DNA of 64,000 nucleotides from an uncultured Acidobacteriota bacterium (GCA_963755695.1 CAVWLB010000009.1:206004-270003), one strand, 5' to 3'; positions 9,808 to 20,003 are shown, counted from the stretch's first letter. Translations and numbers: made by a program. Notes: generated from the letters alone by a model not told the origin.

Positions 9808-10311
9808 ATGACCGACGTATCGCTGTTCCGTTTGTACGCCCTGCGCGCGGTGTACCTCTTCGTCGCAGCCGGCCTCGCGGCGACCGTCTCGCCGCTCCTG
9901 ATCAACCACTCGCCGCGGTGGCCGCTGATGAACAGTGTGGTCTGCAGCATGCTCACGGCGGTCTCGGTGCTCGCCGCGGTTGGGATTCGCTATCCGCTTC
10001 AGATGCTGCCGGTCCTTCTCTTCGAGCTGGCTTGGAAGAGCATCTGGCTGATCGCCGTTGCGCTTCCGCTCTGGTCGGCGAATCAGCTCGATGCGCGGAC
10101 GTCGGAGACGATGAGAGATTGCCTGTTGGGAGTCATCCTGATCCCGCTCATCCCGTGGCGCTATGTGATTGCTCAGTATTTGACGAGGCCCGGCGACCGC
10201 TGGAGGCGGCCTGGCGGAATCCCGTCGTCGGCATTCGGCGACCAGAAGTCTCCCGCTGCGGACCAACCTGCGTCCCCAAGCTCGCTGTCGCCGCAAGCTC
10301 ACAGTAGCTGA
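9808..10311 (+). CDS. Hypothetical membrane protein
   Basis: Four TM segments; GIRYPLQMLPVLLFEL.WKSIW motif; 4 bp after the HTH gene. Confidence 0.75.
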   Translation: MTDVSLFRLYALRAVYLFVAAGLAATVSPLLINHSPRWPLMNSVVCSMLTAVSVLAAVGIRYPLQMLPVLLFELAWKSIWLIAVALPLWSANQLDARTSETMRDCLLGVILIPLIPWRYVIAQYLTRPGDRWRRPGGIPSSAFGDQKSPAADQPASPSSLSPQAHSS

Positions 10312-10370
10312 CCGCCGTCAATCGGCACACGCCACACACCGTCATGTCCGAACCGGCCAGTCGAGCCGTG

Positions 10371-11774
10371 CTACCGGTGACTGATCCGCCACGAGAAGTC
10401 GTATCGGAAGCCGATGGTGAACACGCTGTCACCCGACGCGCCGGTGGCGGACACGCTGTCGAGATCGATTTTGCTTTCTGTGTAGACCTTGGCCCGCGAG
10501 ACGACCAGCCACTCGCCGCCGAGGATCAGATAGCTGGTCTTGAAGTCGGGATCGATCAGCGGGTCCCGGCGATCCGGGCTCTGGTGGGTGAAGCCGCCGA
10601 TGATGCCGATCGGCCCCAGCCCGGCGCGCGCGTACAGCTCGACGCCGTTCGCGTCGAAGGCAACGTTCCTGTTCACGCCCCCGACAGGGACCTGCACCAT
10701 GTCGCCGTTGGTTTGATGGGAGTACACGAAACCCAGTTCCAGGTAATGCCAGTCGATGCGGGTGCCGACGGCCGTGTAGTCCGCATTGGCGCCCAGGCCT
10801 TGCACGAAGTCCCGCGTCGACTGCGGCCAGTTGGTGTGGGTGAAGGCCGCGCCCACTTTCACCCCCGGCAGGATGGTGACCTGGGCCGAACCGCCGGCGC
10901 CGTTCGCATCGGCGCCGCGAAACTGCCCCTGCAACCCGACTTCGAAGATCTTGAAGATCTTGTTCCGGTAAGTCACCACCCGGTCGGCACGGCCGGTGCC
11001 CGACGCTCCACCGTCAGTGCCCGCCACGTAGGTTGACGTGCCCTGGCCGCCAAACACGTTGAAGCGATCGGTCGTGTAGCTGGTCACATCGTAGTGAACC
11101 GAATTCTCCTTTCCGATCGCCACCCGGCCAAGCGGCCCGAAATCAATGCCGACGAAGCCAAGCCGCGCGTTGAACGGCGACGTGGTCTGAGTCGTGACCT
11201 CGCCGAATTCCCCGGGCCCGGCTGCGGAGAGGTTGAACTGCGTGGAGCTTTGCACCAGGTTCACGCCCCACTCCGTGCCGACGAACATCTGGATGGCGCC
11301 ACGGGTCCTGAAATTGATACCGACACGAGTGGCGTTGTCCTGCACCTCGGCGGTGTCGTTGAACGTGGCCAGGTGAGTCCGCCACTGGCCGTACGGCTCG
11401 AACGTGCCGATGAACTCCTTGCCTTCGTTCGCCTCGTGCGTGCTGCCTAGCGCAAACTCTCCACTGCAACCATCGAAGACCCAGATGCCCTTGTCGTCGT
11501 ATCCCCAGGTCTTTCCCAGCAGGCAGCTGGCCGCGCCCGTCGTGCGCAGCAACGCCACTCCCGCGGCCGTATCCGCCGGACAGACCTGGCGTTCACCCGT
11601 CTTCGAACTGCACGTGACGACCTGCTGCGGGGACGGAGGCGGCTGGCTGGTCGCCGACACCGTCACCTGCTGCGCCTGTGCGGGGTCGGACGGGATGGCA
11701 CCGGCCGCTATCAACAGCAGGCCGATGCGAAGAATGCGGCGCGGCGCAAACACACTTCGAACGATGTGGTACAT
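10371..11774 (-). CDS. Gram-negative porin with N-terminal DUF3011-like Cys domain
   Basis: Signal peptide; CSS...RQVC...C.LGKTWGYD..GIWV.DGC.GEF; porin motifs DNATRVG, RLGFVG.....G.VAIGK; IGFRYDF near the C-terminus. Confidence 0.75.
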   Translation of the reverse strand: MYHIVRSVFAPRRILRIGLLLIAAGAIPSDPAQAQQVTVSATSQPPPSPQQVVTCSSKTGERQVCPADTAAGVALLRTTGAASCLLGKTWGYDDKGIWVFDGCSGEFALGSTHEANEGKEFIGTFEPYGQWRTHLATFNDTAEVQDNATRVGINFRTRGAIQMFVGTEWGVNLVQSSTQFNLSAAGPGEFGEVTTQTTSPFNARLGFVGIDFGPLGRVAIGKENSVHYDVTSYTTDRFNVFGGQGTSTYVAGTDGGASGTGRADRVVTYRNKIFKIFEVGLQGQFRGADANGAGGSAQVTILPGVKVGAAFTHTNWPQSTRDFVQGLGANADYTAVGTRIDWHYLELGFVYSHQTNGDMVQVPVGGVNRNVAFDANGVELYARAGLGPIGIIGGFTHQSPDRRDPLIDPDFKTSYLILGGEWLVVSRAKVYTESKIDLDSVSATGASGDSVFTIGFRYDFSWRISHR

Positions 11775-11844
11775 AAGTTCGCCTCCCCGTCCGCCGCGGG
11801 CGTGTCTGGGCGCCCCCGCAAAGCGGCGGCGGTTCGCCGCAGAG

Positions 11845-11860
11845 TGCATACCGCGCGCCG
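11845..11860 (-). promoter_or_regulatory. Sigma54-like promoter
   Basis: CGGCGCGCGGTATGCA on the minus strand, about 70 bp upstream of the porin start. Confidence 0.4.
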
Positions 11861-12335
11861 CGAGGGAGGATCGGCGGACGGCCAAATTCGCTAAGGATTT
11901 CGCACCAAGCCGCCGGTTTCCCGCCCTGGCCGGACTCACCGCACACCGGAGGAACCCCGAAATGCCGGGCGACTGGCCCGGCCAGGACGTGACTTCGGCG
12001 TGATCTTCGAGATCTTGTTCCTGTGGACGCATTCGTCGACACGGACCGCCGCTGGCCGAGCGACGTTTGGGCGCTGCTGCGAAAGAGCCGCCGCGATCCC
12101 GAGGCGGGATGGGTCCTGAAGGGCAAGCCGCTTCATCGCGTTTCACGACATTCGCGAGGAACCGTGGAGGCTGTCTGCGATCCAGGGGACCGTTGAGAGC
12201 TTTCCGACAACCGACTGTTCGGAGTGGAGGTTCGCTCGCCGCATGGAGCGGCGACGCGCTGGCGGGTGTCGATTCCGTGCGCGGTGCGGGGCGCAGCTTT
12301 GCGCCCCCATCCCACTCCCCGCGCGGCGACCGACG

Positions 12336-12741
12336 TCAGCAGGTCCTGACCCTGACACGGCGGCGGCGTACCGCTCGCCGCATTAATGCCGCCGATCTCC
12401 GTCGGATGAATCGTGCAATGGTAGTTCGCGCCGTTGACGGCAAGACGTTGTGCGGGACTCGATGCCCCAGGGGAGATGTCGCCAGTGTCCAGCGAACTAT
12501 CGTTCAGCACGATGTGATGCGCCAGGTCGTCGCCGTTGTGCCACACGACCATGTCGCCTTGCTTGACCGACGCGGGGTTGGGCGAAAACGACTGCGCCCC
12601 GTTGTGTCCAACGATGTTGATGGTGATCGTCGAGGCTCCACCGGACGTGGGGCTGGGACTGGTGTAACTGCCACCACAAGCCCATATCGCCGCCGCAGCG
12701 GCGACGGCGATCACTGTTCCGAAAGATCGTGACCGCGTCAT
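12336..12741 (-). CDS. Cupredoxin (plastocyanin/azurin-like) lipoprotein
   Basis: Lipobox-like IWA-C; FSPNPASVKQGD.VVW.N.D..AH; YHCTIHP; removing one base at about 12343 gives the terminus CQGQDC-TGA. Confidence 0.75.
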
Positions 12742-12797
12742 GGTTCTCTTCCCTTCCGGATGAGATAAATGTCGCCTTTCATCCACTGGTCTAAGAA

Positions 12798-12813
12798 GGC
12801 AAGAGCGTTGCCT
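12798..12813 (-). promoter_or_regulatory. Sigma54-like promoter
   Basis: AGGCAACGCTCTTGCC on the minus strand; near-palindromic, so GG-N10-GC is present on both strands. Confidence 0.45.
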
Positions 12814-12846
12814 GCGCGAAACTCCTTGTGTTCATCCTTCGCCCCC

Positions 12847-12876
12847 GTGCTTCAGTTACGAGTGCTTCAGTTACGA
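12847..12876. repeat. 15-bp tandem direct repeat
   Basis: GTGCTTCAGTTACGA twice, back to back. Confidence 0.9.
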
Positions 12877-13218
12877 GACATGCACTCGCTTACGATAGCC
12901 GTAAGCGCGCATGGAAGAGCGGACTCGGCGCGCAAGTGGGGACGCATTTCTTGCCTCTGCACTTGGTGCGGTCGCAGAGTGCATCTCATCCACGTCTGAA
13001 TTGATGTCGAATGACAGCCTGACGCTTCAGCTGCGCGATGCTGCGCATCGACAATCGAGGATTAACGACTCGTGACAACCGTGCGCGGAGGCAGGGCCGC
13101 GGGGAACTCTTGCGCCGATCGCGTGTACGCGCCTGAGTGACACAACGTTCTCAAATGGAGCAGAACTCCGAAGACCGGCGAGAACGCCGGCAGCGATTCG
13201 ACAAATCTAGAGCGCCAC

Positions 13219-15651
13219 TCACTCCATCCTGAGCGCCCTGACCGGCTCGACCCTTGTCGCCCGCAGCGCAGGGACGTAGCATGCGGCGAGACCGCACAGG
13301 ACCAGCGCGGCCACCACGAGCGACAGCGTGAGCGGATCGTGTGGAGACACGCCCCACAGCTGATTCGTCATGACTCGCGAGACGGCAAAGCTGCCGAGCA
13401 GGCCGATGGCAAGGCCAGCGCCGATCAATCGCAACCCGCTCCATGCCACCATTCGCAGGACGGCGCTGCGGCTGGCGCCGAGCGCCATGCGGATTCCTAT
13501 CTCGTGCGTCTGGCGCGAGACGGTGTACGCGATTACGCTGTAGACGCCGATCGCCACGAGGACGAGGCCGACGCCGGCAAACACGCCGAGCAGCACAACA
13601 CTGAATCGAGGCTCCGCGTAGGAGAATCGCGCCAGGTACTCGCTGAGCGTGCCGGTCATCGTCACGGCGACGCCGCGATCGACGGCCCAGATCTCGCGCC
13701 GCACGCTCTGCAGCATCGCACCGGGATCCCCGTGAGTTCGGACGAGGATGCCGCGCTCGAAGGCGCCGGTGAGCGTGTAGGGGACGAACGCCTCGGGGCT
13801 CGGCGGATCCTTGATGCCCTGATTCTTCGCATCCGCAATCACGCCGACGATCTCGAACACGGGATTCTCGACCGGCCCTTCCGGGAGCGTTTCGAGCATC
13901 TTCAGTTTGATCCGCTGTCCGAGCGGATCCTCATGTCCGAAGAATTTCGTAACCAGGGTCTGATTGACGACCGCAACGCGACGGGCACCGTTGACGTCCG
14001 CGTCGGTCAACCACCGCCCGTGGACGAGACGGAGACCCAGCGTCGGCAGATACCCTTCGCTGCACAACTGGAAGATTGCCTCCCATCGTTCAGTGTGCGT
14101 CTTCCCCGGAATCTCGATCTCCGACCCGATCCCTCCGTACGGCGGCAGCGTCGTCGTCTCCGTGGCCGCGACCACGCCCGGTAGCGCGTGGAGCCGATCG
14201 AGCAGCTGCCGGAAGAATCGTTGTTTATCCGCCGCCTGCGTATATTGACCGCGTGGCAGCGGCAATCGCGCAACCAGGATGTTGTCCGGGTTCAACCCGA
14301 GATCCACGTTCTGCAAACGGGCGAAGCTGCGCATCAGCAGGCCTGCGCCGGCAAGCAGCATCAACGAGAGGGCCACTTCGCTCACCACGAGCGCGCTCCG
14401 GAGCCACCTGCCGCGGAACCCCCCGCTGACGCCTTTGCCCGAGTCCTTGAGCGGTTCGACTACGTCGCGGCGGGCGGTCTGCAGGGCTGGGACGAGCCCG
14501 AAGAGCAGGGCGGTCACGACGGAAACGGCAAGACTGAACATCAGGACCGGGACGTTCAGCCGAATCATCGTTTCCTGCGGGATCATTCCCTGGGGAATGA
14601 GCTGCACGAGGACTTTGATGCCAGCGTAGGCGAACAGGCAGCCGAGCGCGGCGCCGCCAATCGCGAGCAGAAGGCTTTCGATGAGCAGTTGCTGGATGAG
14701 CCGCGCCCGCGCCGCACCGAGCGACGCGCGAATCGCCATCTCCTTCTCGCGCGCCGCCGCACGTGCGAGCAGCATGTTCGCGACGTTGCTGCAGGCGATC
14801 AGGAGCAGCAGTGCAACAGCGGCCGCGAGCGTGTAGAGCGTTCGCCGGAACTGTCCCACCAGATTGTCGACCCAGCTGACGACGTTCACGCTGAATTGTT
14901 CTGGGTAGTTGCGAGGATAGACTTTCGCGAGCCGATGGGCGATGACATCGACGTCGGCCGCAGCCTGCTGCAGCGTGACCCCCGGCTTCAATCGCGCCTG
15001 GAACATGTAGAACTGCCGGCTGCGTTGCGGGTCCGCGCGATCCAGCGTCACCGCGCGCCACAGGTCAGCTCCGAGCTTGGTGAACCGCTGCGGCATGATG
15101 CCGACGAGCGTCGTGGGCACGCCATTGAGGACGAACGTACGACCGAGCACGCTGGGGTCCTGGTTGTACTGGCTGACCCACATCTTGTAGGACATGACGA
15201 ACACGGCCGGTGCGTCAGGCTTCGCATCTTCTGGCACGAGCCCGCGGCCGAGCATCGCCGGGACACCGAGAAAGCGGAACGTGTTTGGCGTCACGAGACC
15301 GCCGGTGACCTGCTCGGTCCCTTCGCCGGTCGTCTGCAACACGTCCTCCATGGTCCCGCCGATGACTTCGTCGAAGACGTGGTTCTGCTCCTGGTAGTCG
15401 AGAAACTCAGGGATCTGGAAAAAAGAGCGGCCGCCAGGCCGGCTGCTGCTGAGATCGTGGATCTGAATCATCGCGACGCGCTCGGCGTCGGTATACGGGA
15501 AGGGATCCAACACCACGTTCTGAATCACGCTGAAGATCGTCGTCGAGGCGCCGATGCCAAGAGCCAGAGTGATGATGGCGAGCAGAGAAAATCCGGGACG
15601 GATGGCGAGTCCCCGTAGTCCGTACCGAAGATCGTGCCAGATGGTCTGCAT
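13219..15651 (-). CDS. ADOP-family duplicated ABC permease
   Basis: WHDLRYGLR; LLIACSNVANMLLARA..REKEMAIRASLGA; QTHEIGIRMALGA; VEPVRALRME. Confidence 0.92.
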   Translation of the reverse strand: MQTIWHDLRYGLRGLAIRPGFSLLAIITLALGIGASTTIFSVIQNVVLDPFPYTDAERVAMIQIHDLSSSRPGGRSFFQIPEFLDYQEQNHVFDEVIGGTMEDVLQTTGEGTEQVTGGLVTPNTFRFLGVPAMLGRGLVPEDAKPDAPAVFVMSYKMWVSQYNQDPSVLGRTFVLNGVPTTLVGIMPQRFTKLGADLWRAVTLDRADPQRSRQFYMFQARLKPGVTLQQAAADVDVIAHRLAKVYPRNYPEQFSVNVVSWVDNLVGQFRRTLYTLAAAVALLLLIACSNVANMLLARAAAREKEMAIRASLGAARARLIQQLLIESLLLAIGGAALGCLFAYAGIKVLVQLIPQGMIPQETMIRLNVPVLMFSLAVSVVTALLFGLVPALQTARRDVVEPLKDSGKGVSGGFRGRWLRSALVVSEVALSLMLLAGAGLLMRSFARLQNVDLGLNPDNILVARLPLPRGQYTQAADKQRFFRQLLDRLHALPGVVAATETTTLPPYGGIGSEIEIPGKTHTERWEAIFQLCSEGYLPTLGLRLVHGRWLTDADVNGARRVAVVNQTLVTKFFGHEDPLGQRIKLKMLETLPEGPVENPVFEIVGVIADAKNQGIKDPPSPEAFVPYTLTGAFERGILVRTHGDPGAMLQSVRREIWAVDRGVAVTMTGTLSEYLARFSYAEPRFSVVLLGVFAGVGLVLVAIGVYSVIAYTVSRQTHEIGIRMALGASRSAVLRMVAWSGLRLIGAGLAIGLLGSFAVSRVMTNQLWGVSPHDPLTLSLVVAALVLCGLAACYVPALRATRVEPVRALRME

Positions 15652-16018
15652 GGCGGTTACTCCGGATCAGTGTGACGCGCGGCTACCGCCATGAATGCCA
15701 CAATCGCCGAAAAATGTTGGGCACGTCTCGGGACTGACAACTGCAGCGATTCTGGCAATTCCGGCGATTCTGGAACTTCAGACGGGGAATCGCGGCGTTC
15801 GGTTGCGTCTTGCGGTCCGACGGTCTTCAGCCGCAAGCTGAAGCGTCGCCGAGTTGAAACACCACAGGTCACCTCACGGGCATCAGAATCGGAGCTGGGA
15901 AGGAGGGACGCGATCGCTCTGAGGGAGTGGCCAACAGCAGGAGTGCGACGTCTGACCTCGCCCTCACGCAGCGTCACGCCGGCAGCGGACAGCCGAACGG
16001 TTTGTCGGATCTGTTCAG

Positions 16019-17167
16019 TTACGATCGTGGAGTGAGACGGGTCCGATAGCTAGGGAAGAATCCTTCTTCGTCCGGAAGGAGATTAGACCGATCGGCGTAC
16101 GAAGAATGCTGGTCGTGCAAGGCTGCGTACGCGGTGGGATCGAGCACCCATCGGCCGATATGGAAATCGTGACGACGCGGCGAGAATCGCGCCTTGAACG
16201 CGAGGAGCGAGTCTTCCTTTCCCGATCGCCCCCCTCCCAAATGGAAGACGCGATTGCCGCGCTCCTGGGCCCATCGCCGGACGTCGTCGAGAAGGACCTT
16301 GAGCGGAGACAGCCGCTTCAATTCGTCGTTGCTTCCCGCGAGATGCGCGTGCACGAGCCCTTGGTATTCGACGAACACCATCGCCGCCGCCACTTTGTCC
16401 TCGAGTCGCGTCACCATCAGCCGCAGATGCGGTCCCAGTGCTTCCCTCAAACGTCTGAAGTAGTCAGGTGAGAAGAAGTACTGCGGCGACGCAAGATTGC
16501 GACTCATCGTCCGGTGGTACAGATCGATGAAGTCGGGGAGAGCCGCCCAGTCGTCGTCTACTGCGGTCCGGAGCCCCTGACGGCGGCCTCCTGCGATTTC
16601 CTGACGTAAGATTTTTTGATACTGGCGCAGGATCTCGCTCTCAGGGAGCGTCAGATCGATCGAAACGGTTTGTCCCGACAGTACGAGGCCGCGGTACAGG
16701 CAATCGAGGCTGCTTTCCGACCTCACCGGGTCAGGGGCTGGCGGCGTCGTAGGCCGCAGCCACACGTGATTCTCGAGCAGCGGATGAAATCGGGTGAAGG
16801 CGGCGACGACACGCTGGCTGCGCCACGTCTCAATCAGCGCAGTCCAGGCTCGTTCGAGAAAGTCCTCATCGCCGGGGGCGTTGTGTAGAAGCGGTCCGGG
16901 ATATCCGTAGACCGAGCCGACATCGTAGAACGTCGAATCCTCGAGCCCGGCACACTCCGAGACCGGCCGCCGCAGGTGCGGCCACGCGAGGAACTGGCGA
17001 CGGTCGCCGTATACCGCGAGGAAAGCCTCGCCTTCGCCACACTGCTGCGCAAGGTGGTGGTAGGCAGCCGTGTGGTAGAAATCGTGCGGCACCGTCACCA
17101 GCCAATCCGCCCACTCGGGGCTCGTGACGGCAATGATACGGAGGTCGTGACCCAAACGCTGTCCCAT
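16019..17167 (-). CDS. GNAT/FemAB-like acyltransferase
   Basis: HDFYH; SVYGYPGP; FTRFHPL; HAHLAGS; FHLGGG...DSLLAFKARFS; FFPSYR. Confidence 0.8.
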   Translation of the reverse strand: MGQRLGHDLRIIAVTSPEWADWLVTVPHDFYHTAAYHHLAQQCGEGEAFLAVYGDRRQFLAWPHLRRPVSECAGLEDSTFYDVGSVYGYPGPLLHNAPGDEDFLERAWTALIETWRSQRVVAAFTRFHPLLENHVWLRPTTPPAPDPVRSESSLDCLYRGLVLSGQTVSIDLTLPESEILRQYQKILRQEIAGGRRQGLRTAVDDDWAALPDFIDLYHRTMSRNLASPQYFFSPDYFRRLREALGPHLRLMVTRLEDKVAAAMVFVEYQGLVHAHLAGSNDELKRLSPLKVLLDDVRRWAQERGNRVFHLGGGRSGKEDSLLAFKARFSPRRHDFHIGRWVLDPTAYAALHDQHSSYADRSNLLPDEEGFFPSYRTRLTPRS

Positions 17168-17218
17168 TCCCCAATGGACGGTGCCGACGCTGCCTGACCG
17201 GTAGCCCGTTGGTTACAT

Positions 17219-18085
17219 TTAGTCGTCCGACCACAGCACCGGGAAGATCTCCGGATCGGTGTAGTCGGGATGTCCGTCCGGCGTGTGACGACACATTCTA
17301 TCGTTCGCGATCTGCCAGGGCACTCCCTTATCGTTCAGGAATTGGCGATATCGGTTCTCGTCGTCCTGCATGTGCAGCGCAAGCGACAGTCGCGGGGACT
17401 GGCTCCGGTTGACATCGCTGGCGTGGATGGTCAGGCAGTTGTGAAAACTCACCTGCCCCCGCTGCAGAATGATCGGCACTTTGGTGATCGGCCCGTGCTC
17501 GGCGCTCAGCTTGCGCTCCAACTCTCCAAGCTCCTTGAGGTTGAACGTCCGAGTGGATGACGTATCCGCCCACTTGTGGCTTCCGTCGATCACGAGAAGG
17601 GGCCCCATCTGGGCGGGACAGTCGTGGAAGGGAATCCACGCGGTCAGCATCCTCTCGGAAGTGCACGTCATCCAGTACGCGCGGTCCGTATGCCATCCGA
17701 CAATCGACGATGCTCCATTGGTCGTTGGTGGCTTGAAGATCAGCTGATCGTCGAACAGGCGGACAGCCCGGCTTCCGGCAAGCCGGGCCGCGATCGCTCC
17801 GAGAAGCGGATATTCGATCAGCCGCCGGATCTGGCGGTTCTGTAGCGCGACGTACTCGCAATTCCGCACGCCATCGCCGTCGCCTGGCTTCCAGTCCATG
17901 TAGCCGTCCTGAACCGGCAGGCGCGCGTCGCGGTCGCCCGCGAAGTGGCGCTCGCTGCCGAGGATCGCCTCCTCGATCAAGTCGCCCGGAAGAATCGTCT
18001 TCGAAATGTACCATCCATGCTCGCGATAGAAGGCCACGTCCTCGTCGGTGGGAAGAAGTGCCCGCTCGTCAGCGTTCAGCTTCAT
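17219..18085 (-). CDS. Phytanoyl-CoA dioxygenase (PhyH) family Fe(II)/2OG enzyme
   Basis: FYREHGW; DQLIFKP; WHTD; AWIP; GSH; FH..TIHAS..N.S..PR. Confidence 0.88.
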   Translation of the reverse strand: MKLNADERALLPTDEDVAFYREHGWYISKTILPGDLIEEAILGSERHFAGDRDARLPVQDGYMDWKPGDGDGVRNCEYVALQNRQIRRLIEYPLLGAIAARLAGSRAVRLFDDQLIFKPPTTNGASSIVGWHTDRAYWMTCTSERMLTAWIPFHDCPAQMGPLLVIDGSHKWADTSSTRTFNLKELGELERKLSAEHGPITKVPIILQRGQVSFHNCLTIHASDVNRSQSPRLSLALHMQDDENRYRQFLNDKGVPWQIANDRMCRHTPDGHPDYTDPEIFPVLWSDD

Positions 18086-18804
18086 GATCGCTCCTGTACG
18101 CTCGCGGTCGTTCTGGCTCCGGCCGCCGATGCCAGGCCGCTCGCGGAATTGCCTCTGAACTCCTGCTCGTTGTCTGTCGTTCGGCTCAAGGAATCCATCG
18201 CCGGGTCTCCGTCCCGGGAGATGACGTCGCGGACGGTGCAGACGAGAATGAAGGCGTCGAGCCAGAGCGTCCAGTGATCGACGTACCAGACGTCCAGCTC
18301 CAGTCGCTCCTGCCACGTCACGGCGGTGCGCCGATGGATTTGCGCCCATCCCGTGATCCCCGGCTTCACTTCGTGTCGCCGCATCTGCACCCCGTCGTAG
18401 TACGGGAGATATTTCGTCAGGAGCGGACGCGGTCCAACGAGGCTCATGTCTCCCTTGAGGACGTTCCAAAGCTGCGGCAGTTCGTCGATGCTCGTCGTTC
18501 GAAGAAAGCGGCCGACAGGTGTGACCCGCGAAAAGTCCGATCCTCTTTGCGCATCGCCCTCAGGAACGTTGGTCATCGTCCGCAGCTTGTAGAGCGTAAA
18601 GCTTCGTCCATTACGGCCGGGACGTGCCTGCCTGAAGACCACTCCCGGCCCCATTGTCAGGCGAATTGCGATCACCCCAAAGATGAGAAACGGCACTGAG
18701 AGGACCAGGCCACTGCCGGCACCGACGACATCCACGGCACGCTTGATCAACAGGCGTGTCTCGTGACGCCGTGGAGTATGCCGCCGAGCGGCGTGAAGCG
18801 TCAT
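18082..18804 (-). CDS. Priming phosphoglycosyl transferase (PglC/EpsL-like sugar transferase)
   Basis: KRAVD; FRQARPG; KLRTM; [23 protein letters not shown]; KPGITGWAQ. Confidence 0.93.
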   Translation of the reverse strand: MTLHAARRHTPRRHETRLLIKRAVDVVGAGSGLVLSVPFLIFGVIAIRLTMGPGVVFRQARPGRNGRSFTLYKLRTMTNVPEGDAQRGSDFSRVTPVGRFLRTTSIDELPQLWNVLKGDMSLVGPRPLLTKYLPYYDGVQMRRHEVKPGITGWAQIHRRTAVTWQERLELDVWYVDHWTLWLDAFILVCTVRDVISRDGDPAMDSLSRTTDNEQEFRGNSASGLASAAGARTTASVQERS

Positions 18805-18808
18805 GGGC

Positions 18809-20002
18809 TCAGGCCGATCGCGCGGGCGGCAGCGTGGCCTCAGCCGCGGCGGCGTGACGCCGAGCGCTGCGCAAATACGAGTCGCGAAAAACTTCGACTA
18901 CCCTCTCCAGCTCTGGAAGCGTCAGGCTGGATCCTGACGGCAGGCAGAGTCCTCGCGCAAACAGCCGGTCTGCTACCCCACCACCGATGCACTCGCAATC
19001 GGCAAAGATGGGTTGACGATGCATCGGCTTCCAAACGGGACGGGCCTCGATGTTCTCTGCCTCGAGCGCAAGACGCAACTGCTCGGGATCGCTGCCGTTC
19101 ACCTCTGTGTCGACCGTCAGCGTGGTGAGCCATCTCGTATGCCGGCCCCAGGGTGCCTCGGGCATGAACTGGATGCCGGGCAAACCTCCGAGCGCCTGAC
19201 GATACAACTGGAAATTTCGACGGCGTGCCGCGACCCGATTCTCGAGCACCGGCAGCTGGCCGCGCCCGAGCGCGGCCAGAACGTTGCTCATGCGGTAGTT
19301 GTATCCGATCTCCGAATGCTCGTAGTGCGGCGCTGGATCGCGCGCCTGCGTCGCCAGCTTCCGCGCATGAGCGATCAACGCCGGATCCTCTGATACGAGC
19401 ATCCCTCCGCCGGACGTCGTCAGAATCTTGTTTCCATTGAATGAATACACGCCCAACGTGCCCATGGTGCCGGGCGCGCGGCCCTTGTAGCTCGCACCCA
19501 ACGCTTCTGCGGCATCCTCGATGAGGGGTATTCCATGGCGAACGCAGGCGTCGAGAATCGGATCGACATCGGCGGTCTGACCGTACAGGTGCACGAGTAC
19601 GACGGCCGCGGGCCGCTTTCCGCGACGCGCGCGCGCCTCGAGCGCCTCGGCGAGCAGTGCCGGATCCATGTTCCAGGACAGACGCTCGCTGTCGATCAGG
19701 ACGGGTCTCGCACCCAAGTACAGGATGGGGTTTACGCTCGCCGCGAACGTCAGCGTGGACACGAATACCTCGTCGCCCGGCTGAACGCCGACGGCCATCA
19801 AAGCGAGATGCAGGGCGGCCGTGCCGGAGCTCACTGCGACAGCATTCGACGCGCCGGTCAGCGCGCAGAACTCCTGTTCGAACCCGTCAACGTGCGGACC
19901 GAGAGGCGCAATCCAGTTGCTGGCGATTGCCTCGGCGACCAATTGTGCTTCGAGCCCGGACAGGTGGGGTGGAGACAGGTAAATGCGCCGATCGAGCGGC
20001 AT
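18809..20002 (-). CDS. DegT/DnrJ/EryC1/StrS aminotransferase (PglE/EpsN-like)
   Basis: SSGTAALHL; VHLYG; IEDAAEALG; SFNGNKILTTSGGG; GYNYRMSN; RPVWKPMH. Confidence 0.93.
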   Translation of the reverse strand: MPLDRRIYLSPPHLSGLEAQLVAEAIASNWIAPLGPHVDGFEQEFCALTGASNAVAVSSGTAALHLALMAVGVQPGDEVFVSTLTFAASVNPILYLGARPVLIDSERLSWNMDPALLAEALEARARRGKRPAAVVLVHLYGQTADVDPILDACVRHGIPLIEDAAEALGASYKGRAPGTMGTLGVYSFNGNKILTTSGGGMLVSEDPALIAHARKLATQARDPAPHYEHSEIGYNYRMSNVLAALGRGQLPVLENRVAARRRNFQLYRQALGGLPGIQFMPEAPWGRHTRWLTTLTVDTEVNGSDPEQLRLALEAENIEARPVWKPMHRQPIFADCECIGGGVADRLFARGLCLPSGSSLTLPELERVVEVFRDSYLRSARRHAAAAEATLPPARSA

Positions 20003-20003
20003 C

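Noticed and set aside
14188-15618. Long antisense or alternative-frame ORFs (also 7187-8335, 22407-23579, 27277-28740, 42993-44732, 60155-61666)
   Set aside because: Shadow ORFs expected in GC-rich coding DNA; Arg/Ala/Gly-rich with no motifs and overlapping well-supported genes
15657-16035. Small ORFs with PES/SGD periodicity between the ADOP and GNAT genes
   Set aside because: Only about three degenerate 9-bp units, no recognisable family or clear RBS
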